Positions 27,159 through 37,508 of a DNA stretch of 64,000 nucleotides are shown piece by piece (the first letter of the stretch is position 1; every line of letters begins with the position of its first letter). Source of the stretch: Andalucia godoyi And28 (lineage: Eukaryota; Protista; Jakobida); NCBI GenBank assembly GCA_009859145.1, contig VRVR01000031.1, positions 124,001 through 188,000 on the forward strand. The letters are read 5' to 3'. The notes under the pieces were generated by a model. That model worked only from the letters and a program-made list of their open reading frames with translations. It made no database searches and was not told the origin of the DNA. The position numbers and the translations under genes were made by a program.

Positions 27159-29357
27159 ATGGTTCACTATGCCCCAACGAAAGATGACACCGCGTTAATG
27201 GAGACCTTTGAATCTCTTGATTACGAGGAAATAGAATCCAAGATCCTACGCAAAGAAAAGGAATCTCTTTCTGCTCATGATCTCAGAGCAGAAGACAAGT
27301 GGAGATGGATATTTACATTCTTTATCGGCATGTTCACTGGAATGGTTGCGTTTTTCGTGCATTTTGCTGTCAAGGGGATGCAAGAATGGAAGTTTGGATA
27401 TATTTATGACTTCATCTCCCATTCGCAAACTTATTCTGCGTTTTTCACATACACTGGATTCAATGTACTGTTGGGTCTTGTCGGCTCTGCAAGTCTTGTG
27501 TATTTCGTTCCTGCTGCCTGCGGATCTGGAATCCCCGACGTGAAGGCGTACTTGAATGGAGTTCGCGTTCACAAAGCTTTCAATGTGAAGACCTTTTTTG
27601 GAAAGGTTGGGGGCGTCATCTTGGCTGTTGCGTCGTCTCTACCGTGTGGGCCTGAAGGACCGATGATTCACATCGGCGGCTTAATCGGAGGTGGTGTCGG
27701 TCAGGGTTCGTCAAAGACTCTCAAATTCGAAATTCCGATGTTTAAGCGTTTTCGGAATCCCCGAGATCGCCGTGACTTCATTTCCACTGGAACGGCAGCA
27801 GGTGTCTCTGCTGCATTCGGTGCACCCATCGGTGGCATTCTGTTTTCCATTGAGGAATGTTCCTCTTTCTGGTCCCATTCTCTGACTTGGAGAACGTTTT
27901 TCGGATGCATGGTGGCTACGTTTACTGTGAACTTCTTCCTCTCTGGCTATGATGGGAGTTTTGACCAGAAGGCCGTCATCTTGTTCAACGTTGGCCAATC
28001 AAATGGATATCGATTTCCGGAGTTGCTGCCCTTTTTGTTGATTGCATGCCTTGGAGGTGGATTTGGATCTGCTTTTGTCTTTATTAACTTTTTGATTAAC
28101 CAATTTCGGCGCAAGTATATTGCTCCTTTTCGATATCGACGAGTATTGGAGATGTTCATAATGCTGGTCGTTTGTTCTACCGTCTTTTTCGTTTCAACAT
28201 CGTTTCTGGGAGTATGCAAGAAAAATGACGACGATACTGGTCAGTCGGACTATGCGGAAGCCGCATATGGTAGTCGTCAAAATGTGCAGTGGGACTGTCC
28301 AGATGGTCACTACAATGACGCAGCTTCACTATTCATGGTGTCACAGGAAAGAATCGTGAAGCATCTGTTCAGTCGAGGGACGGCGGACCAGTACGGCAAT
28401 GGTCCGCTGATCGTTCTTGCGATTACGTACGCGACTCTCGCTGCCTGGTGCACAGGTTCGGCAGTTTCTGGAGGAATTGTCATTCCAAAGCTCGTGATTG
28501 GTGCTGCATATGGCCGGTTGTTTGGACAGGTTGTGTACTCCTTGTTTCCGGACTCCGATATTGATCCTGGAACGTATGCACTTGTCGGTGCTTCTGCATT
28601 TTTTGGGGGTGTCTCGCGCATGACCTTGTCCTTGACAATTATCCTTCTTGAAATCACCAACGATCTGCAGTTTTTGGTTCCGATTATGTTGAGTGTTATT
28701 GTCGCAAAGTTTGTTGGCGACTTCCTGACTCCGCCGCTGTACGATCTGTTGATTTTCCTGAAGTGCATTCCGTTCTTGGAAGCTGAGCCGTCTTCGTTCA
28801 TGGAAAAGCTCAATTGCAGAAGCATAATGGCGAAAGATTTGGTTACTCTTTCTCCAGTCATGGAAGTTCAGGCTGTGCTCGAGAAATTGGAATCGAATAA
28901 CCATGGAGGCTTTCCAGTTGTGGACTCCAAGGGGCGCATGGTTGGCATTATTTTAAGAAACCACGTCTTGACAATTATTGACCAACATTGGTACGTCTCT
29001 TCTGCTGTGAAGGCGCTGTCCAAAGGCGACTTTTTTTCGGAATCCACAACGAAGGAAAAACTGCGAGTGAAAGACATCCGCTTTCGGCATCCTGGACGTC
29101 TGCAGGATACGATCGACCTAAGACCCTTCATGCATACGGCCCCCATCACTGTATCACCGCGCTTCTCGGTTTCCAGAGCATTCCAATTGTTCCGCACCAT
29201 GGGGATGCGGCATTTGTCTGTTGTGGACGATGAAAATCGTGTCGTGGGCATGATTACTCGAAAGGATTTAATGGAGCATCGAGTCGAGGAGATATATGAG
29301 AAAACCAAGACGCGCGGAAGGGCAGGATTGCATTCCCTGCTGCCTTCAGAGTTCTGA
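27159..29357 (+). CDS. CLC chloride/proton antiporter (CLC-6/7-like) with two CBS domains
   Basis: FESLDYEE, GSGIPDVKAYLNG, GPEGPMIHIG, FGAPIGGILFSIEE (proton Glu present), PLYD, HGGFPVV, FRTMGMRHLSVVD. Confidence 0.95.
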   Translation: MVHYAPTKDDTALMETFESLDYEEIESKILRKEKESLSAHDLRAEDKWRWIFTFFIGMFTGMVAFFVHFAVKGMQEWKFGYIYDFISHSQTYSAFFTYTGFNVLLGLVGSASLVYFVPAACGSGIPDVKAYLNGVRVHKAFNVKTFFGKVGGVILAVASSLPCGPEGPMIHIGGLIGGGVGQGSSKTLKFEIPMFKRFRNPRDRRDFISTGTAAGVSAAFGAPIGGILFSIEECSSFWSHSLTWRTFFGCMVATFTVNFFLSGYDGSFDQKAVILFNVGQSNGYRFPELLPFLLIACLGGGFGSAFVFINFLINQFRRKYIAPFRYRRVLEMFIMLVVCSTVFFVSTSFLGVCKKNDDDTGQSDYAEAAYGSRQNVQWDCPDGHYNDAASLFMVSQERIVKHLFSRGTADQYGNGPLIVLAITYATLAAWCTGSAVSGGIVIPKLVIGAAYGRLFGQVVYSLFPDSDIDPGTYALVGASAFFGGVSRMTLSLTIILLEITNDLQFLVPIMLSVIVAKFVGDFLTPPLYDLLIFLKCIPFLEAEPSSFMEKLNCRSIMAKDLVTLSPVMEVQAVLEKLESNNHGGFPVVDSKGRMVGIILRNHVLTIIDQHWYVSSAVKALSKGDFFSESTTKEKLRVKDIRFRHPGRLQDTIDLRPFMHTAPITVSPRFSVSRAFQLFRTMGMRHLSVVDDENRVVGMITRKDLMEHRVEEIYEKTKTRGRAGLHSLLPSEF

Positions 29358-29923
29358 GGGCACCAACGGTTTACTGCAATGGTCGCTGCCACATATCCTT
29401 CAACCCACGACTTGTCCGAGATCCATTACAGCGTGGAATCTGCCTACATGTGTAATCGTTGGCAGCATACGATTATTTATTTATTTTTAAACATCGGTGC
29501 CGAGTTGCGGTGAGACAGCGCCTTTTACATTGATTTTTGGGCAGCGAAGATGTCGACCCAAAGCGTGAACAAACCTGCCTTTACTTTGTGTTGTTTTCAG
29601 CTCCAAGGTTGCAGCAGGAACGCAATCTCTATACCTCAGAATAGATTTCAACGAAAACGGCGCCGCACGACCGGGATAAGACCTCGTGGTTGCTTCTGTT
29701 GAATGAGACTTTGTCGGCACAGGGCGACGACATGTTTCATCCTTACTCGCGTGAGTCAACATTCGTGCAGAGAAATCCCCCGACACCAGGTTTTGTGGTG
29801 GTTGTTTTTTCTGTTGTTTTTTTCCTTTGTTCGTGTATTCAAACCTCTGTTCTCCGTTTTCTCTTTATTTCTCGTTGGAAAAGACCTCTGGCGATACAGT
29901 TAACTTCAGTCTTTTCTGGTGCG

Positions 29924-30970
29924 ATGTTTCGTCGATTGTTTTCCAACTCTGCTGTTCGCGCGGGCTTGTCGCTCGGTTCGGCCGCTGTGCTTGGTCATTG
30001 TGTCTCGTCATTGAACTCTGTTTCTTCTTTTCGGGATGTTGATCTCCCTTTTGCTTCATCCTTATTTGCGGAGTCGAGAAAACCTCCTGTGGCAACGATC
30101 TCGAAGACTGGGGATTATAAGGCAGTGCGAACAGCCATTGAGCAGCTGATTTCAGAGGACATCAACATCGCCCCGACATTGCTGCGCCTTGCGTGGCATG
30201 CGTCTGGAACCTTCTCGAGGAGCCACAACAACGGTGGTTCCAGTGGTGGCCGCATTCGCCATTCACCAGAGCGTCAGTGGGGTGCGAATGTCGGACTGTC
30301 TCCTGTGATGGATGCTCTGGAGAAGATCAAGGCTGCAAACCCGTGGATCTCCTACAGTGACCTGTACACTCTTGCCGGAGTTGTCGCAATTGCAGAGATG
30401 GGAGGCCCGAAGGTCACCTGGAGATCCGGCCGCCTTGATGTTCCAAAAGGAACGGGCATTGAAAACGGAGAAGTGGAGGATGGAAGACTGCCGAACGCCG
30501 ACGTTGCGTCAAAACAACCGGTCCCTGCATATGTTCCTCAAGACGGGTGGTCCGAGGAAATGGCGTCACATATCCGCTTGATTTTCAATCGTATGGGGTT
30601 CAATGACCGTGAAATTGTGGCGTTGATTGGCGCACATGCTGTTGGTCGATGCCATCCCAACGCCTCTGGGTATGAAGGTCCGTGGACTCGAGACCCGTTT
30701 GGTTTCACGAACTCATTTTATGTCGAACTGCTGAATGCTTCGAATGGCTGGCACAAGGAACAGAATTCTAACGGCTCTGTGCAGTACTGGGACAAAAACA
30801 GGGAAATCATGATGCTTCCCGCTGATATGGTTTTTGTTCAGGACCCTATATTCTACGGCTTTGTCGTCGACTACGCAAACAATGCTGACAAGTGGAGTTC
30901 TGACTTTGCCGCTGCGTTCCAAAAATTGCTTGAACTGGGATGCGCAAATTTGCAAGATGCAAATGTTTAG
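29924..30970 (+). CDS. CCP1: Cytochrome c peroxidase (class I heme peroxidase), probably mitochondrial
   Basis: Presequence-like N-terminus MFRRLFSNSAVRAG, LLRLAWHASGT, GAHAVGRCH, GPWT and IMMLPAD. The Met-Met pair is typical of CcP rather than APX. Confidence 0.85.
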   Translation: MFRRLFSNSAVRAGLSLGSAAVLGHCVSSLNSVSSFRDVDLPFASSLFAESRKPPVATISKTGDYKAVRTAIEQLISEDINIAPTLLRLAWHASGTFSRSHNNGGSSGGRIRHSPERQWGANVGLSPVMDALEKIKAANPWISYSDLYTLAGVVAIAEMGGPKVTWRSGRLDVPKGTGIENGEVEDGRLPNADVASKQPVPAYVPQDGWSEEMASHIRLIFNRMGFNDREIVALIGAHAVGRCHPNASGYEGPWTRDPFGFTNSFYVELLNASNGWHKEQNSNGSVQYWDKNREIMMLPADMVFVQDPIFYGFVVDYANNADKWSSDFAAAFQKLLELGCANLQDANV

Positions 30971-31542
30971 TCGCCTGCACTCTTTTGTGATTCACATTGC
31001 TTCCACTTTTTGATTTGATATTGCGATCACAGCTTCCCATTTTCCTATCACCACTTTTCGTTCATGTATTGCAATCATAATGTGATAATTGTCTTTTGTT
31101 GAACACTTGTCATTTAATGGAACCAAACTTTTTTTTGTTTCTGTCTTTCTGCACCGAACATCAAGGCCGTTAAGCAGCCTGTATACATACATACATACAT
31201 ACATATATATATGCATATTAGTGCGTGCAGCGTGCAGAAACTCTGCATCATGCATGCCTACGCATAATAATCGCTGAGCCTTCCCATGCCGAAGCACAAA
31301 TTTCGAACACACTTTTTCGGTAAAAGAAGTCGAAAAAATTCCCGACTTTCCCGACTCGGTTCAACGCCTCCGCTCGGGGAAAATTTGCAAACCGGATGAA
31401 TTTTGTTCTCACTCCTATTTAATAATTTAAAAATGTGTGTTTCAGCATTTCTTTTCCTTCATTGCAGATATTCCCAAACGTTCGACCAAAACAGTTGTAT
31501 TTATTGTCATTTATTATGAGCAGTTGAGAAACGAACAATAGC

Positions 31543-33825
31543 ATGGACATTAAGCCGACTTTCACGGACTTGGATCGATTGGTGCACACAGCTTATGATT
31601 TGCAGACAACAGACCAAAATGAACGGTCGATGGAATTGTATACAAAGGCGGCTCGAACTGTGGAGGAGCTTGGAGCCGTCTTTACTGATAGCTTTATAGT
31701 CGAGCAAGTTTACACAATTTATCATAACCGAGCTGTGTTGTGGTATTCCTTGAAGAGGATTTCGGATGCGTTCACGGACTTGAAACAATGTTTTGCCATC
31801 AAAGAGGCCATACCTGCTGAGTGGCGGGCGGTTTCACATCTACTGTGTGCCAGATGTCACGAGGAACAGAAAGATTATGACTCTGCATTTGAAGAGTATG
31901 AGTTGGCGTTGACAAAGTTTCCGAGTCATGTGGACACATTGATATTTCGAGCGTTGTTGCATCACAAACAAAACAATAAGATGAAAGCTGTGGAGGACTG
32001 CACTCGAGCCCTGGCGCTGCTTCACATCAACTCTCATACAAGGTCTCTCCGTACCTTTGCGTTGATCGTCCGTGGTGATTCGTACAAGTTTGCTTATGGG
32101 TTGTACCAAAAACAGTCGATGGCGGATTATGAGAAAGCTATGGAACTTGACGAAGCTCGGGTGTCGAAGTATATAGGAAGAGGCTTCACTCACAAAGATC
32201 CCACTGGACATTGCGCAAACCTAATCTCGGAGTTTGCGTCGCCTCTCACAATTAAACCCCGCGGATATCTTGAGTACCAGAAGCTCCCACTGGCGGTTCC
32301 AGATCCCATTCTCCCAGTTCCGCTACCCGTCTCGGAACCGGCTCTTCAAACCCCTCTTAAGGTTGAGGTTCCACCCTCGCCGAAGACTGTGCAACCAATG
32401 TCTTCTCTGGCTGAAACCCCAAAACACCGAACGCCCGCGGTGCCGTTGCTGTCCGTATCGAATCTAACGTCAAAACTGAAGTGGAAGGAATCCCCAGAGA
32501 ACGTGCAGCGAACTTACCGCAAGTGGTGGACGGAATCCACACCCACCACCGATAGAACTCCAAAGTCCACTGCGTCCTTTGTCAAACATATGCCGCTGGA
32601 CCTGTCAGACATCGCAACGAAGCGAAAGTACGTGAGACCATGGGCCGGTTCCAAAACGGAAAGGAAGGTTCCAGAACGGAAATCCGAAGTGGAGAATCAA
32701 CCACCCGGGAAGTTGTTGATTCCTCAAAGAAACGTTGGAACTTCTTTGCGAAGAAAGGACCCAGATCAGGAGCCTCATAGCGGAAACAAATCGGCAAGGG
32801 AACGGATGTTAGAATATTCCAGAACGAGAAAGCAGGAGAAGGAGCAGGCCCCCGTAGGTTTGAACTTGGCTGTTACGGAAACTGCGAAACGGGAAACTGC
32901 TACCACTCAATCGCCATCCACTTCCGTCCCTCAGCGATTGCCCGTCTTGCCGAAGTCTCAGTCGTCAGCCTCCGTTCCTTCAACGTCCAGTGTGTCCAAA
33001 TCATCGTCACAGAGTTCATCCTCTGCAACCGTGTCTGCTGTTTCAAATGGGGAAGAAGACCGGTTGAATCTGAATGATTTGTTCTCCAAACTGACTCCTC
33101 TCAGCCAAAAGACGGTTTCGCAGCCAAACAATTTTGCAGATAAGATCGCGGCCGTGAATGACGAGTTTATGATGCTTATCGAAGAGAGGCTGCTGTTCAG
33201 TCTTGCAAAGTATCTGCGCTCGAGAATTCCTCCTGAGTGCTTAATGCGTCTTGCAAAGAAGGCCAAGGCAGTTTCTGGAGATACATCTGCCTCAACAATG
33301 TTGAATGATGTTTCAGAGACGTCGCAGACAGGTATGGAAACGTCGCCGGAGGTAAGCAGCAACAAGTTCAGTCGCAGACGTCAGATGTTGCTTTCGGAGA
33401 TTCCTGTAGACTTGTCAGAAGTTTTGCTGAGTATTGAACTTAATCATCCCGAATTGAAGCTGTCATTCGAAGAAACGGACGTTGCGAATCTGGTTCAATT
33501 CATATCTTGGGAGTTAAACATGAAAGAGACTTCTCCGCCTGCAAACGTTTTTGCGAGGCACAGACAAAGCAAAACGCAGAAGATACCGTTACTTACGGAG
33601 TCGAGGATTCTGTTGGAACAGTCCGACAGCAAGGAGGCACTCTCTCCGTCATCTCCGAGAGTTGTATCTTCACGCTCTCCATCTTCGCTTGCTCAAGGTC
33701 ACGTCTCTGACGTCGTTCGCCATCTCCGCATGTCGCATGTCGAGGAATCTCCTTACTCCCAACCAGTTGCTCCTCCAGGAAATGTTTTTGCACGGCGACG
33801 CAACAGGGTGCAGAAATCGGAATAA
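31543..33825 (+). CDS. TPR-containing protein with long disordered C-terminal half
   Basis: TPR-like helices (YHNRAVLWYSLKRISDAFTDLKQC; LIFRALLHHKQNNKMKAVEDCTRAL), then a Ser/Pro/Lys-rich region with an NVFAR motif occurring twice. Confidence 0.85.
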   Translation: MDIKPTFTDLDRLVHTAYDLQTTDQNERSMELYTKAARTVEELGAVFTDSFIVEQVYTIYHNRAVLWYSLKRISDAFTDLKQCFAIKEAIPAEWRAVSHLLCARCHEEQKDYDSAFEEYELALTKFPSHVDTLIFRALLHHKQNNKMKAVEDCTRALALLHINSHTRSLRTFALIVRGDSYKFAYGLYQKQSMADYEKAMELDEARVSKYIGRGFTHKDPTGHCANLISEFASPLTIKPRGYLEYQKLPLAVPDPILPVPLPVSEPALQTPLKVEVPPSPKTVQPMSSLAETPKHRTPAVPLLSVSNLTSKLKWKESPENVQRTYRKWWTESTPTTDRTPKSTASFVKHMPLDLSDIATKRKYVRPWAGSKTERKVPERKSEVENQPPGKLLIPQRNVGTSLRRKDPDQEPHSGNKSARERMLEYSRTRKQEKEQAPVGLNLAVTETAKRETATTQSPSTSVPQRLPVLPKSQSSASVPSTSSVSKSSSQSSSSATVSAVSNGEEDRLNLNDLFSKLTPLSQKTVSQPNNFADKIAAVNDEFMMLIEERLLFSLAKYLRSRIPPECLMRLAKKAKAVSGDTSASTMLNDVSETSQTGMETSPEVSSNKFSRRRQMLLSEIPVDLSEVLLSIELNHPELKLSFEETDVANLVQFISWELNMKETSPPANVFARHRQSKTQKIPLLTESRILLEQSDSKEALSPSSPRVVSSRSPSSLAQGHVSDVVRHLRMSHVEESPYSQPVAPPGNVFARRRNRVQKSE

Positions 33826-33950
33826 TTTTTGAAAGAAAAAACTGAACCTTTTCTTTTTATTGTGGGTTTTTTTGTTGGTTTTTCTTTTTTTTTTGATTAA
33901 ATAAATTAATATAGTGTTTGACAAGGAAAACGGGGATCCTTCGACTTCCA

Positions 33951-34943
33951 TCAATAGAACACCAGTTTCGAACAATAGTGTCTTACAATCAATGCAATTA
34001 TGCAACAAACGACATGAAACGTCATCAATGTCCACCACAATTGGAATTCCGTTTTGGGGCCAAGCAGCCGCAGGATCCCATTCACAAGATTCCAGTGTTT
34101 TGCCTGTCCCTCCAGAAGCCCGTCATCTCTGACTTTCGGAAGACGGTGTCGCTCGCAATGAATGAAACCAAAGAGCTGCGGAAGTGAGTACAAAAAATTG
34201 AGGATTTGCGGAATAAAGAAGAGCATCAAAGTCTTTGAGAAATGCCCAAGAATTCCGCAACAAGCAAGTGCCATGCCAGCAAACACAGTATACGTATCGC
34301 CGACGAAAACACGGGAGGGGAAGATGTTGTAGCGGAGAAGCGCAATGGACACGGCGAGGAAGGGAAGCGCAATAGCAAGAACCCTTTCGTTCACTTCATT
34401 GTCAACGAACAAGTGTACGATGATGGCGAGAGCGATTACAATCGATTGACCGACTTCTAACCCGTTGATTCCAGCAAGAATGTTGATCGAATTTGTGCAG
34501 AAAACAGTCAGCAATGACAAGTACACAAGATACAGGATCCCTAAATTAACGATCCCAAGCCGGAAGGGTAACACAATCGATGTCGGGCCGCTGTAAGAAA
34601 GAAGCAACGGAAGCGAAGCAAAGAAGGGCAAGAGAATCTTGTACCTCCAAGGAACATCAAGAACATCGTCCACAAACCCCAGCAAAATCATAAAGGCGAT
34701 CGAAAACAGTGAAGCATTGTGCTGTGAAAGCTGGTCTGTCGAGACATCCAAAGAACAGAGCAATGCAGCAACAAGAAACACAATCGCAGGAGCCAAACCG
34801 GCCGATTCGGTGACGATCGGAAGCGACTTCTTATTGAGATCCTTCCCAACACGTCCAGCTTTTTGAAGACGCGGAACAATGATTGGGATTAATTTGTATG
34901 ATGCAAAATATGCCGCTATCGACACGGAGACAGTTATGATCAT
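33951..34943 (-). CDS. DPAGT1: UDP-GlcNAc:dolichol-phosphate GlcNAc-1-phosphate transferase
   Basis: GKDLNK, LGFVDDVLDVPWRYKILLP, FCTNSINILAGINGLEVGQS, VFVGDTYT, HFSKTLMLFFIPQILNF, HRLPK. Confidence 0.95.
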   Translation of the reverse strand: MIITVSVSIAAYFASYKLIPIIVPRLQKAGRVGKDLNKKSLPIVTESAGLAPAIVFLVAALLCSLDVSTDQLSQHNASLFSIAFMILLGFVDDVLDVPWRYKILLPFFASLPLLLSYSGPTSIVLPFRLGIVNLGILYLVYLSLLTVFCTNSINILAGINGLEVGQSIVIALAIIVHLFVDNEVNERVLAIALPFLAVSIALLRYNIFPSRVFVGDTYTVFAGMALACCGILGHFSKTLMLFFIPQILNFLYSLPQLFGFIHCERHRLPKVRDDGLLEGQAKHWNLVNGILRLLGPKTEFQLWWTLMTFHVVCCIIALIVRHYCSKLVFY

Positions 34944-35938
34944 CGCAGATGCAGTCTGGGTCTGTAAAGCCTCTTTTTTCCCCTCGAACGAACAACGTGC
35001 AATTTAATTTAAAAAATCAACGAAGACCAGAAGAAAAACGTGCCCGACAGGTGCAACAACCTCTGGAAAAGCACCCAGCATCAAGCCTTTCAAGTTTCAC
35101 AATTCCGGCTGATTTCTACAGACGTTGCTCTCCAAGTAGTGGCGGAGAAAGTGAAATCCCTTCATTTTCTTCGCAGACAATTTGTATATAAACACAGTTC
35201 CTTGACGGAACCAAAGTCGATCCGCCTGGATCCATAATACAAGGAAAAAATAGATTGTTCTCCGAGGGGACACTTTCTTCAAGAGGTCCAAAGGAAAGAC
35301 GATTGCAAGGATCAACCAGCCCAAGACAATCTGTTAGAATGTAGTGGAGAAGGGGAGGCTGCGGGATAACAGATCTGCAGAGTCAAGGAACGGAAACTCT
35401 GAAATGTATGATGGTGATTTCCATGTCTGAGTCACCATGGGGCTCCTTCCTAGTTACGTTCCTCAGTGGCTGACATTCGTGCGTACAAGAAGCAGAAAAT
35501 CGTTGTTGTGAAATCAGGTAAAAACTCAGCTGATCACGACAGAAAACACACGACAAAGAACAGCGACTGGGAGACTCTCTCGAAGAAATAAAATGCAACG
35601 TGTTCAACAACACCCGACGCCATATGGACCAAGCGCAGATAAAGCAAATATCAAGAATCAGTGCATTTGGCAAATTCAGAAGCAACATGAGCTGCGTCGG
35701 TGTGGTTGTTGAAGCCCGAGGTGCGCCTTGTCGGTTCAAAACTGCTTACACGCAGCCAGGGGAACGAACAAACGCCTTGCCAGTAAATGCTGTCAGTGTG
35801 CCTCTGTTCATCGTTTCACCGAGCAACATTCAGATACCGAATCGACCTTCATCATCCGGGGAAAAACCGGCTATATTGAACTCGGTTGTCCTTGCTGAGA
35901 AACAGGGTTTCAACGGCCTGTAGTCAACTCCGGCAAGG

Positions 35939-36030
35939 TACGATATCGTAGTGATTCGGTGTCGCGTAGGGTGTGGGGTACGTACCTAATGACGTATATC
36001 ATGACGTACGTGACGTCGCTTATGACGTAC
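35939..36030. promoter_or_regulatory. Cluster of ACGT/TGACGT cores and palindromes
   Basis: TACGATATCGTA (35939-50), GGTACGTACC (35977-86), ATGACGTA three times (35989, 36001, 36022), and six ACGT cores within 49 bp; function unknown. Confidence 0.4.
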
Positions 36031-37508
36031 GAGATTTACAGAGGAAGGGAACTCCGACTCCATTTTTTTAAGGAGTATTTTGTTCTCCTTGTTTGTTCGT
36101 TTTTTTAAGCTTTTCTATCAGAAATCGTTTTGACACAAACTATCTCTTATTATCCCTGGTCACATCTCATATTGGATATATTATAATAGTGTTGACCACA
36201 CATAGCCAAAACCTGAAGCTGGATTCCGGGTCATCAGGAATTGTATTCTGTTGTCGAAGGCTTCTCATTCAGAATTGCCCGGAAAAGTCGGAACTCAAAA
36301 AGCGGATATTTGGGGGAATGCCGATGGTTGTGGCAAAGCGAAGCAACAGGACACCGACAACCGTGTGTACAGCGACTCGCAGCACTTTATGAAACTATAT
36401 TTCATAGAGATGCAACTCCAATACTTCTCAGGTAACCGGATGGAAAACACGAGATCAGATGTGGCTGCCGAACTTGAATGATTTTTCGATCTCGTCTTTT
36501 GGTGTGTCCAATTGTTCCACAAACAGTATCGCCTGTGACTTCCCGAGAATCAAAATACATTACTATTACTGCAACGACGGACTGAACATAAAACCCTGTT
36601 TCCGAACGAGGCCGTTTGGTCAGCAGATTGACAGGACAGCGCAGTTTAGTGCGCTCTGCTTTCTCCACCACTTTCGGAAACACTATCAGGACGGCGAAAG
36701 CGCCTTGATAGTGTTGTTTGGGTGAATGTGCATCTTGTAGATATAACTGTCGAGGGAACATCGACCAACCAACAAAAATATTATTCGTGATCACAGCAAG
36801 TGAAAAAGATTTCGTTTATGGTTGCCGTTCACCTTTTGGACTTTTTCTTTTTGTAAAAATCAGGAGGTCCTCACCCTGACGCAGTTCACATCTCTGACTG
36901 ATAATGCCGTTCTAGTGGATCTCGCGTAGCTGGCAGGAAATATTCATGTCAGGCTCATTGCCCCTTCGATCCTTTTGAGTAAGTCTTAGCGGTGGTTCGG
37001 ATCAGCAACTCTTCCGATTTCCTGTTTGGATTGTCATTTTTGGAATGGCACCTTCAGGCCTCCCTGCTCGCGTGCAGACGTTTTTGGCAAATCATTTCGA
37101 AATTCTAATTTTACGGGTTTGAATGGGATACCGGGGAGCTTGTGGCAAACCCGTTTTTGCATGTGATGTGTGATATTCGTGTTCCTAAACAAACCTTGAC
37201 AACGTTTTGCACACGACAGGATTACCGAGGCCTAATTGATCGATTGGTCATATTCGGTCTTTTGGAACGGTTAATTCAGCAGACGCTTCCGAAAATCCTT
37301 GGAGGGTTTGGATTCTGCGTCTGTCTACTTGCTGCATTTTCTCTGCCAGAAGTACATTCTCAGCAGGTCTCCGATGGCGCTGTGCCGTGTAGTTTCCGTT
37401 TCGCAGCTGACGTTTGCCGCAGTTGGCAGAGTCGCCATCAGGCCGGTGAAGATCAATTCTACCATGATGTCAAGAAGAAAGATAAAAAAGCAAAGCATAC
37501 AGTCGCTT

